From positions 687,464-751,463 of the forward strand of contig CAVTQK010000021.1 of the NCBI GenBank assembly GCA_963736855.1: a stretch of 64,000 nt of DNA, written 5' to 3'. Of this stretch, positions 55,358 to 62,910 are shown in pieces. The notes under the pieces were generated by a model, which worked only from the letters and a program-made list of their open reading frames with translations, was not told the DNA's origin and searched no databases. The number at the start of each line of letters is the position of its first letter. Within the stretch, counting starts at the first letter, position 1. The stretch comes from an uncultured delta proteobacterium (GTDB lineage: Bacteria > Desulfobacterota > Desulfobacteria > Desulfobacterales > UBA2156). A program made the translations under genes and the position numbers.

Positions 55358-57265
55358 TCACCGGATGGCGTTGATTATCGGTGCGGCATACATATCGGGG
55401 TTAACGAGCAGCAGCCACCGTTTCTGAAGATCGATATCCGCAAATCCGAGCAGGTGATCTTCGTCAGCCTTCCTGCCGATGGAGTCCTGCCACCGTATCA
55501 GTGCTTCCCGGGATACGGGGCTGTCGATGAGAACCCCTTCCCATTCCTCCAGTCTCCCGAGGTCTTTTTCATCCGGAAGGCGAGGTTCCCGCCACCAGAA
55601 GATCTGCCGTTTCATCTCCCCCCTGAAATAAACCCTCCTCCGGGAAGAGACCACCGTGAACAATGCAGCCCGGTTTCCGGGATCCGGATAGAGATAGCGC
55701 AGGTCGCCGTCTAAAAAATGCGGCCGCCGCAGGCGAATGGCTTCCAGCAGGCCTGAGGTTTTCGGCGTCTCCTGCGGTTCAAAAAAAACAACCTCCAGGG
55801 GCACAAACGGATTGGCGGATGTCAGAAGGTATAGGATGTCCGTCAGGTAATTTGGGTCCGTCATTTCCGGTCCCACCAGCACCTGGTAAGGCTGGGTGAG
55901 CCTGAGCGAAAGGCGCCGGATCTCGGAAATCGGCCGCCTTATAAAAAGATCGACCTTCATGACGTATCGCCGTCCGCCAAGGCGGACCCGGATATCTCCC
56001 GGATGCGTTTTTGGGCCATCCGCCTTCCGGAAGGCGACATCCAGGTCCGGCATGGGGAAAAAGACCGTATCGAGCCTCGTTTCCGCGTAATCGTAGGCCA
56101 GCATCAAGTCTTCTTTCGAAAATTCAGGCGTTTCAATAATCGTATAGGGCGGATGCGGATCAAAGCGCAAACCCAGCTTCTGTGCGTCCCGGCGAAGCGC
56201 CGTTCCCGGAAGCACCGAAAGGGGAAAGACCTGGACATCTTCCCCGAGCCCGTGTGATGCAACGAAATCCACGGATTGCATGAATCCATGAAGATCGTCT
56301 CCGGGAAGACCGGCGATAAGATCGATGCTCAGCGCGATCCCTTTCTTTAAAAGCGCCTCCGTTCCTTTCAGAAATCTTGCCAAATCCGTGGGGCGACTCA
56401 CCAGGGCAAGCGCCTTTGGATTGGTGCTTTGAAGACCCACCTCGAAACCGGTGAATCCGGCCTCATCAAACCGATTGGCCAAACGCTCATTTACTTTCTC
56501 CGCGCGGATCTCGCTGAAAAAACCGGTCTTCCGGCCCGCATTGATCGAAGCGACCTTCTTCAAAAAAGAGGCAAGCCCCGGCCTGACGTTCAAGGAGGGA
56601 TCCAGCAGGTATATCTCACCGATCTCCCGTCCGATCGCCCACTCGAATACCGGCAGAAGACGCGATTCATCCCTGAAACATGTTCGTTTTTGAGATTTGT
56701 TGTAATAGCAGAATGAGCACCGATACGGACAGCCCCGCTGGGTTTCCACCAGGACGATGTCCTCGAGTTCCGGTTCCAGAAAGCCTTTCAGATAGGGGTT
56801 TTCCGCGTTTTGAAAGATCTCGGAAGCGCTTTCCGAACCAAACCCTTCGTCCCAAAAGCGTTTTTCGGTCAAAAGCCGCCGGAAAACCGCTTCTCCTTCT
56901 CCATAAACCCGGAAATCGATGCTGCTCGAACGGACCCTCGTGTTGCCCGGCGTGATTTCAGGGCCACCGAGGACGATACGCGGAAGGTGGTTTTTCTTCA
57001 CCCTTTCAGCCAGGTACAGGCTCCTATCCAGGTTCCAGGAAAAGACGGAAAAACCCAGGATGTCGGGTTGATTTCGGGATATAAGGTCAGTCAGCGCCTG
57101 GTCGCCAAGATAAGAAACCATGCTTTCGGGGAGAATTTCAACGTCAATGCCCGGAATATCGGAAACCGCCTCCTTGAGGCATGCCGCCCCTATGGGGATA
57201 TTCCCCGTTACCTGACCGAAGTTGAGCCGCGGAATGGGCAACTGCACCAGGAGGACCTTCAGCAT
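55358..57265 (-). CDS. B12-binding domain-containing radical SAM protein
   Basis: 635 aa. Has an N-terminal B12-like domain, then ETQRGCPYRCSFCYY (CxxxCxxC). Confidence 0.85.
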   Translation of the reverse strand: MLKVLLVQLPIPRLNFGQVTGNIPIGAACLKEAVSDIPGIDVEILPESMVSYLGDQALTDLISRNQPDILGFSVFSWNLDRSLYLAERVKKNHLPRIVLGGPEITPGNTRVRSSSIDFRVYGEGEAVFRRLLTEKRFWDEGFGSESASEIFQNAENPYLKGFLEPELEDIVLVETQRGCPYRCSFCYYNKSQKRTCFRDESRLLPVFEWAIGREIGEIYLLDPSLNVRPGLASFLKKVASINAGRKTGFFSEIRAEKVNERLANRFDEAGFTGFEVGLQSTNPKALALVSRPTDLARFLKGTEALLKKGIALSIDLIAGLPGDDLHGFMQSVDFVASHGLGEDVQVFPLSVLPGTALRRDAQKLGLRFDPHPPYTIIETPEFSKEDLMLAYDYAETRLDTVFFPMPDLDVAFRKADGPKTHPGDIRVRLGGRRYVMKVDLFIRRPISEIRRLSLRLTQPYQVLVGPEMTDPNYLTDILYLLTSANPFVPLEVVFFEPQETPKTSGLLEAIRLRRPHFLDGDLRYLYPDPGNRAALFTVVSSRRRVYFRGEMKRQIFWWREPRLPDEKDLGRLEEWEGVLIDSPVSREALIRWQDSIGRKADEDHLLGFADIDLQKRWLLLVNPDMYAAPIINAIR

Positions 57266-57302
57266 CGGCGTCTTTCTTCCGTTTTTGCCGAATGCAGCGT
57301 TT

Positions 57303-58331
57303 TCAACTTGTTACCCTGACCGGAGCGACTTTTGGATACATCAAATTATCCAGGGGGCTTGCTACCGCATCCAGGTTTTTCTGCATCACGTGAGTATAAA
57401 TCTCCGTGGTTTTCACGTCGGCATGCCCCATCAATTCCTGGACCATCCGGATATTCACACCGTTTTCCAGCAAATGGGTGGCAAAACAGTGGCGGAAGGT
57501 ATGACAACTGACCCGCTTCATGATTCCGGCGCGATTGACAGCGGTTTTCACCGCCTTCTGAAGACCGGATTCCAGGACATGATGCCTCCGCGTCACGCCG
57601 GTCCGGGGATCCACGCTCAGCGTCTTGGAGGGAAACACGTACTGCCATCGAAACTCCCTCCCTGCCTTCGGATACTTTCTTGCCAGGGCCTCGGGCATAT
57701 GGACCTCTCCGAACCCTTTCTCAAGATCCTCCTGATGAAGGCGCTGAACCCTTTCCAGGTGCCTTTTCATCTCATCGCGGACCGCTTTTGGAAACAACGT
57801 TCTGCGCCCCTTTCCCCCTTTGGCTTCCCGGACATAGACCGATTTTCGTTCAAAATCCAAATCCTGCACTCTCAGCCGCACGCATTCCATCAATCTCATG
57901 CCGCACCCGTAGAGCATTTTTGCCATCAGAAGGTGGGTCCCGCTCATCTCGTCCAGAACTTTTTTTACCTCTCCTTGCGTCATGACCACCGGCACATTCG
58001 GATGCCGCTTGGCCCGGACCTGAGCGATTTCTCCTTCAACGGGCTGCAACAGGACATATCGATACAGAAAAATGATGGCGTTCAACGCCTGCCTCTGGGT
58101 GGAAGCCGATACCTTTTCCCGGGTTGCAAGATGGCTGAGAAACGCTTCGATTTCCTCCTTTCCCATTTCGCGGAGGTGTCTTTTAGCCCCATGGAACCGA
58201 ATAAACCTTACGATCCAATCACAATAGCTTGTTTCCGTCCTGTAGGCATAATGGTAATATCGAAGGACCTGTCGAACCTGATCCATGAGTTTTAACTTGG
58301 CATTCGGTATAAATTTTTGTTTGATTTCCAT
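57303..58331 (-). CDS. intI: integron integrase
   Basis: 342 aa. Has [18 protein letters not shown], the IntI-specific insertion [33 protein letters not shown], and the [12 protein letters not shown] and [14 protein letters not shown] catalytic boxes. It is divergent from an attC-separated ORF array. Confidence 0.9.
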   Translation of the reverse strand: MEIKQKFIPNAKLKLMDQVRQVLRYYHYAYRTETSYCDWIVRFIRFHGAKRHLREMGKEEIEAFLSHLATREKVSASTQRQALNAIIFLYRYVLLQPVEGEIAQVRAKRHPNVPVVMTQGEVKKVLDEMSGTHLLMAKMLYGCGMRLMECVRLRVQDLDFERKSVYVREAKGGKGRRTLFPKAVRDEMKRHLERVQRLHQEDLEKGFGEVHMPEALARKYPKAGREFRWQYVFPSKTLSVDPRTGVTRRHHVLESGLQKAVKTAVNRAGIMKRVSCHTFRHCFATHLLENGVNIRMVQELMGHADVKTTEIYTHVMQKNLDAVASPLDNLMYPKVAPVRVTS

Positions 58332-58334
58332 AGG

Positions 58335-58354
58335 GCTTGACCGTATAGTTGGAT
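58335..58354 (+). other. candidate attI simple site GCTTGAC-cgtata-GTTGGAT
   Basis: An inverse-core-like 7-mer, a 6-nt spacer and a GTTRRRY core. It lies only 4 bp from the annotated intI start, so the position is suspicious. Confidence 0.25.
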
Positions 58355-58454
58355 TAATGGAAAAAGGCTGAGCTGTTTTCCGTTTTCCGATCTTAATATT
58401 TCAATAGATGGATTTTTTAGCATGCTATAACCTTCATATCAAGCAAATTTTTCC

Positions 58455-58534
58455 ACTTAACCAAACTGATGGGGCGGACCGCTCGCTAGTGCTCGCTCGG
58501 CTTTTGGCCGTCCACCCCATCGGCGCTGTTGAGC
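58455..58534 (+). other. attC site 1
   Basis: R'' ACTTAAC (RYYYAAC), spacer caaac, GATGGGGCGGAC pairing with GTCCACCCCATC (one mismatch), spacer ggcgct, R' GTTGAGC (GTTRRRY). Confidence 0.55.
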
Positions 58535-58601
58535 TTCGGCTCTTCATGGCCTTTTGGGCTCCGCTCGGTCGGTTGGGGGCGGCTCAACAGCGGCGTTCGG
58601 G
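58515..58601 (+). other. second attC-like palindrome overlapping attC 1
   Basis: GTTGAGC (58528) pairs perfectly with GCTCAAC (58582), followed by spacer agcggc and R' GTTCGGG (58595-58601). The expected R'' position holds CCCCATC (no AAC). Confidence 0.4.
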
Positions 58602-58625
58602 GATAATAAAATGGAGGAAAACGTA

Positions 58626-59126
58626 ATGAAAAATATCATGACACACCACACAAAACTTGCGTTACTTCTTATTTTAGCTGTCACATTCATCACAAATACT
58701 GTGAATGCACAGGTTGTATGCAATAAGTTCAAGTTAGTGACAAAAGTCACAGGCTCGACACTCGACCTTTCGTTAGATACCGATCTGCCTGACAATACGG
58801 TTGTCATGGTCAGCGTATCACGGTCTTATTTGGAAAAAGGGAACACAGCTACATACTCCGCGGACTATTTCTCAGAAAAGAGCACCGTCGGAAAATGGAA
58901 GTCGAAACATAGAATTTCCGTTGACAGTGGGAAATGGAAGTCTGCACTTAGAGAAAAGCAAGAAAAGATGTCCAGACTCGGACTTGGTTTTGACGTTGCA
59001 TCCATCAGCGAAAAGATCACAGCGCGCATGGTAGCTCCTATTAACCAACCAGATCCTCGGTTCGGAAAACAAAACTCAAAGCTTACCGGCAAGGCGGTAA
59101 GGGGCAACTGGTCTCCGGGTCGTTGA
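58626..59126 (+). CDS. cassette 1: secreted hypothetical protein
   Basis: GGAGG lies 8 nt before ATG 58626. Has a signal peptide MKNIMTHHTKLALLLILAVTFITNTVNA. The 72-nt upstream extension in the ORF track is rejected. Confidence 0.55.
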   Translation: MKNIMTHHTKLALLLILAVTFITNTVNAQVVCNKFKLVTKVTGSTLDLSLDTDLPDNTVVMVSVSRSYLEKGNTATYSADYFSEKSTVGKWKSKHRISVDSGKWKSALREKQEKMSRLGLGFDVASISEKITARMVAPINQPDPRFGKQNSKLTGKAVRGNWSPGR

Positions 59127-59151
59127 GGATGAGAGCGAGATAGACTATCCG

Positions 59152-59463
59152 TTGGATTCACCACCTGTAGGCAAGTCCCCTTTTCCAAGTCTGAATCCAT
59201 TAGAATTGGAAGTCGGTCAAGCATACATCGTTACCAAACAAACGCCTCTCATGCCATCACACAGCCCGGCTGATCCCATAGCAGCACTGCAAAAGATGAA
59301 ACAAATTCCAGAGGGCGGAGGTTTTAAAGTGCATGACATGTTCGATAAAAAAGGTAACCCCTGGTATAGGGTAAGCGCATTTGATCAAAGAAAAAAACAG
59401 ATTGGAACAGGCTGGATTAACAGTACGGCCTTACTTGGCCAACAACTCAAGGCATACAAGTAG
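59152..59463 (+). CDS. cassette 1: SH3b-like domain ORF, probably the displaced C-terminus of the preceding gene
   Basis: Has a TTG start and no convincing RBS. Its frame is open from 59101. GFKVHDMFDKKGNPWYRVSAF...GTGWINSTALLG resembles bacterial SH3 domains. Confidence 0.4.
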   Translation: MDSPPVGKSPFPSLNPLELEVGQAYIVTKQTPLMPSHSPADPIAALQKMKQIPEGGGFKVHDMFDKKGNPWYRVSAFDQRKKQIGTGWINSTALLGQQLKAYK

Positions 59464-59474
59464 CTCATCGGAAT

Positions 59475-59563
59475 CCCGAACAACGGCATTAAGAGCAACG
59501 GCAAAAAGCCACCGCGCCTTATGCCGGGCGATGGCCATAAGAAACCCGGATAATGGGTTCAAC
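59475..59563 (+). other. attC site 2 (R' ambiguous)
   Basis: R'' CCCGAAC, spacer aacgg, L'' CAT[T]AAG pairing with L' CTTATG (extrahelical T). The expected R' position reads GATGGCC (59530). The only GTT core nearby is GTTCAAC (59557). Confidence 0.5.
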
Positions 59564-59585
59564 AATTTGTCAGAAGGAGGGAACC

Positions 59586-59789
59586 ATGAAGACATTTATT
59601 GGTATCGTCCTCGGTATCTTTTCGGGCTTTCTGATCTACATGGCGTCTGCCATGTTGTTCGTCAGGGGCGCGCCGTCTGGTGCCTTTGTACTCGTTACGT
59701 TCGTCGGTGGTTGGGTCGTATCAAGTGTCATCATAACTCGCGGCGCCACAAGCGTCTCCAAAGTTTTTTCAAGGGGTTTCCTTACCTAG
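59586..59789 (+). CDS. cassette 2: small membrane protein (2 predicted TM helices), ends at an in-frame TAG
   Basis: AGGAGGG RBS before ATG 59586. Sequence MKTFIGIVLGIFSGFLIYMASAMLF...VLVTFVGGWVVSSVII. Confidence 0.5.
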   Translation: MKTFIGIVLGIFSGFLIYMASAMLFVRGAPSGAFVLVTFVGGWVVSSVIITRGATSVSKVFSRGFLT

Positions 59790-59810
59790 GGGCTGCAGAG
59801 TGGGCTCGCC

Positions 59811-60122
59811 ATGATTCCAGTGGGTCTCCTGTTCAGCGCTAAAGCCGTCTCCGAAACGACTGCAAGCGTTTCGCACGATCCTTCCGGAGCTGCTGCAGCC
59901 GGAGCAGCCATTGGCGGAGGCATAATGGCGTTTCTCACAGGAGGGGTCGCTGTATTTATGAGTATTGTTTGCCTTGCCGGGTTTGCGGTATCGTATTTCA
60001 TGGGTCGTGAAATGAAGCCGGAGGGCAAGGAGCCAACGCAGAAGTGCCCTTATTGCGCCGAGATGATACAGGCAGAAGCCAAGAAATGCCGTTACTGTGG
60101 TGCGGAACTCACCGCCCTTTGA
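59811..60122 (+). CDS. cassette 2: membrane protein with C-terminal zinc ribbon, same frame as the preceding ORF
   Basis: Has GGIMAFLTGGVAVFMSIVCLAGFAVSYF and then CPYCAEMIQAEAKKCRYCG. No RBS precedes ATG 59811. It is separated from ORF 59586 by TAG plus 7 sense codons in the same frame. Confidence 0.5.
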   Translation: MIPVGLLFSAKAVSETTASVSHDPSGAAAAGAAIGGGIMAFLTGGVAVFMSIVCLAGFAVSYFMGREMKPEGKEPTQKCPYCAEMIQAEAKKCRYCGAELTAL

Positions 60123-60149
60123 TAGCAACAAACGTTACGAAAGGGCAAG

Positions 60150-60209
60150 GCCGAACCAATGGGTGAACTTGACCGCACAAAATCGCGGCAAGTTACCCTA
60201 TCGTTAGGG
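60150..60209 (+). other. attC site 3
   Basis: GCCGAAC-caatg-GGT[G]AAC-TTG[A]CCGC-acaaaatc-GCGGCAA-GTTACC-ctatc-GTTAGGG. This is the canonical architecture with two extrahelical bases. Confidence 0.7.
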
Positions 60210-60225
60210 ATCATAATAGAAAACT

Positions 60226-60855
60226 ATGATTAAAAATGTTGCCAACCTTCTAAAAGCTCTAATTGATCAAGAGACTAAGAAACTAGATCAATTTGATATA
60301 AAACATGGCCCAACAATCGGGAACATGTATGAAGGGTTAACTGCAGATATTCTTAATAAGGCTATTCCGCCTAAAATTAACTTGAAATTAATGTCGGGTT
60401 TTATTCACGACGGTCAAGGCAATATGACCGGCGAAATTGACTGTATGCTCGTTGAGGGTGATGGAGAAAAGGTACCATATACAGAGAAATACAAATGGCA
60501 CATAAAAGATGTAATCGCGGTTTTTGAAATCAAAAAGCACTTATATTCAAAGGAACTTAAAGATTCTTTCATACATCTCCGTGGTGTTCTGGATACATAT
60601 GGACGTTATGTTGACACTGGTAATGGAAGTAAGACTTTCGATGTCTCCTCATCGTTGAGAGCATTCGCAAAAATTACGGGAATCGTAGCTCCCGATAGGA
60701 AAGATATCGAAAAATTACCTTTTGAATTACAAATTATTTATCACACCCTTATCACAGAGCAAATATCGCCAATAAGAATTGTCCTTGGTTATCACGGATT
60801 CAAATCTGAAAATAATCTGCGAGATGCATTAATTGATTTCCTTAGGGTTTGTTAA
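60226..60855 (+). pseudogene. cassette 3 gene, 5' part (PD-(D/E)xK, DUF6602-like nuclease fold), interrupted by IS at 60844/60845
   Basis: GNMYEGLTADILNKAIP...GEIDCMLV...VIAVFEIKKHL gives a D...ExK layout. The last 3 codons (RVC*) are read from the IS inverted repeat. Confidence 0.65.
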
Positions 60856-62131
60856 TAAATAACATGTACAAATCAGTTGCAACTTATGGTTTGATGCTAT
60901 AATTCCATTCACCGTGAAAAGTATGCGGCTTAAGCTTGATCTGTTTCATCTCTTGGTCCGATACCTTAATTTTAGTAGGGTATTTTCGTTTATCGAGTTT
61001 GGCCTTCACCCGAAGACCTTGCTGCGTAGATGTTTTGCCAATCAGCTTAACGATCACCTCATGACTGACCAAAGGTCTGCCTCGCCAATTCATGCTGATA
61101 TGCGAAAACAGTCTATGCTCAATCTTGTTCCATTTGCTCGTCCCAGGAGGGAAATGACAGGTTGTAATCTGGAAACCCGTCTCCGTGGCAAAAGATTGCA
61201 ACTCTACCTTCCACAATCGAACCCGGTAACCATTACTTCCCCCGCCATCGGCGCAGATCATCAGATCTTTGGCCTCAGGATAAATAGCCTTCCCCATACT
61301 CAACCACCAGCGCCTGATGCTGGCAACCGCAAAACTGGCAGTGTCATGATCACAGCCTACATTGATCCAGCCCATATTTTTGCCGATATCATATATTCCA
61401 TAAGGAATAACCTTCGGCGATTCGAGACTTGCAAAATCATGGACTTCCACTTTCTCGGGTGCCCCTTTGGGCTGCCATTCTCTCCCCGGATTCTTAAAAT
61501 TGCCCACCAACTCCTTTTTCTTGGTGTCTACCGATATTACCGGTTGCCCCCGCTTAAGAAATTGCTTCACTTCCTCATTAATGTAGTTAAATTGAGCATC
61601 CCGATCAGGATGTTTGCTCCCCTCCAGCGTCTTGGCATTGGCTTGCAAGCTATAATCCAAATCATGAAGCAATTCGGCAATCGTTACATGACTTGCTCGG
61701 TAACCTTGACGCGCCAATTCGGTCGCAAGTTGTCGCGTGCTTTTGCAAGTCCACCGCAGGGGGGATTCAGGATCCCCTCGGGTTACCGGGTCAACCAACA
61801 ATTCCAATTCCTTCGAAAGATCAGGGTAATGTTCTTCAACACCCTTACGACCTGCACCAGGCTTGCGAATTCGTTCGGATACTGGAGAATGCAATTGAAT
61901 TTCCTCCAGGGCTTTATAGATGGTCACACGAGATACACCAGTAGCTTGGGCCACTTTGGAAATACCGCCCCACCCGAGGGCTTTAGCTTCCGCCCCCAAA
62001 AACAATCTCCGCTGTTTCTCGTTGAGATGCGGCAAAACGGTGTTCAATTTGATGGAAAGCTGTTGTTCTGTATTCATGCATAACGTATATCACATTCAAT
62101 CTAATTGTACAAGTTAATTTTTAACGACCCC
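60845..62131 (-). mobile_element. ISAzo13-family insertion sequence (1287 bp) with 27-bp imperfect TIRs and TTA target duplication
   Basis: Left end is GGGTTTGTTAATAAATAACATGTACAA. The reverse complement of the right end is GGGGTCGTTAAAAATTAACTTGTACAA (22/27 identical). It is flanked by TTA at 60842-60844 and 62132-62134. Confidence 0.8.
60884..62077 (-). CDS. ISAzo13-family DDE transposase
   Basis: 397 aa. Has DPESPLRWTCKSTRQLA, HPDRDAQFNYIN, VDTKKKELVGNFKN, ADGGGSNG, PPGTSKWNKIEHRLFSHIS and FHGEWNYSIKP, as I recall for the 'Rhodopirellula transposase' DDE family. Confidence 0.85.
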   Translation of the reverse strand: MNTEQQLSIKLNTVLPHLNEKQRRLFLGAEAKALGWGGISKVAQATGVSRVTIYKALEEIQLHSPVSERIRKPGAGRKGVEEHYPDLSKELELLVDPVTRGDPESPLRWTCKSTRQLATELARQGYRASHVTIAELLHDLDYSLQANAKTLEGSKHPDRDAQFNYINEEVKQFLKRGQPVISVDTKKKELVGNFKNPGREWQPKGAPEKVEVHDFASLESPKVIPYGIYDIGKNMGWINVGCDHDTASFAVASIRRWWLSMGKAIYPEAKDLMICADGGGSNGYRVRLWKVELQSFATETGFQITTCHFPPGTSKWNKIEHRLFSHISMNWRGRPLVSHEVIVKLIGKTSTQQGLRVKAKLDKRKYPTKIKVSDQEMKQIKLKPHTFHGEWNYSIKP

Positions 62132-62134
62132 TTA

Positions 62135-62802
62135 GTGCGAACCTTATGTCTGAGGGTTTTGGAGTGAACAGTTTCCCTCAGTTAATAATAAGTGGGCAAT
62201 ATTCACTGGTGAAAATGAACGGCCATCCTTATTCATCACCAATAATTTCAGAAAATTGGAATTTTTATGGATCGGCAAGGACGAATCCAATTCTATTAAT
62301 TCTAGAGTTTATATGGACTCGCCTTTCTAGATCCTATGGAATCTCAGGATTATGGGGGGACGATTTAAAATTAGAAAATTTTATTTTACTTCTTTCAGGA
62401 AAGATAAAAAAAATTGGGAACAAATCTGGGTGGGAATATAATTTCACGAAAATCGACAATTCTACTTTGTCATCAGAACCTGCCGAAATTGATTGGGAAC
62501 CGACATATGTTACCAGTGAACAATTCACCATATTTAACCGATTATGTGAAGGTGAACTTGAAAGAACAGACGACCCTTATTTGATTGATTTTCTAAATAA
62601 TAACGGACTTGATCCTGACCAATTTTTTAAAGAATTGATTGAAACCGGTTTGGTTGCACTCGATGGAAAGGATCTCACTTTAACAACAGAATCTTGTCAA
62701 TGCTTGGTCTTGCCTAATGGAAAATTCGCTGTAGCAGAAAATAACTCTGGACGATTAACGAATTGGATTTTACAATTCATGGAAAAAAGGAGAAATCCCT
62801 AA
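62135..62802 (+). pseudogene. cassette 3 gene, 3' part
   Basis: In frame with 60226-60844 once the IS and one TTA copy are removed (...DFL-SANLMSEGFGVNSF...). The joined ORF is 428 aa. Confidence 0.65.
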
Positions 62803-62887
62803 CCATGCGGTTCACTTGACGCCGGGATCGTCTGTTGCGCTGATGCGGGAAGCCCATTGGCGGCGCAAGTGACCTTAAACGTTATAG
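62797..62887 (+). other. attC site 4
   Basis: CCCTAAC-catgc-GGT[T]CAC-TTG[A]CGCC...GGCGGCGCAA-GTGACC-ttaaac-GTTATAG. R'' overlaps the stop codon and is the exact complement of GTTAGGG at 60203. Confidence 0.7.
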
Positions 62888-62910
62888 CCGAATAATTAAA
62901 GGGGATTATA

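Noticed and set aside
58408-58626. 72-aa ORF upstream of cassette 1, and the 58554 start of the cassette 1 ORF.
   Set aside because: It reads straight through both attC-like palindromes, giving an Ala/Leu/Arg-rich translation, and has no RBS. ATG 58626, with GGAGG 8 nt upstream and a clean signal peptide, is the credible start.
59530-59536. GATGGCC as the functional R' of attC 2. It sits at the canonical distance after L'.
   Set aside because: It lacks the invariant GTT and does not complement the next cassette's R'' (GCCGAAC). It may be a mutated core, and GTTCAAC at 59557 is an alternative. I leave the right boundary of cassette 1 unresolved rather than asserting either.
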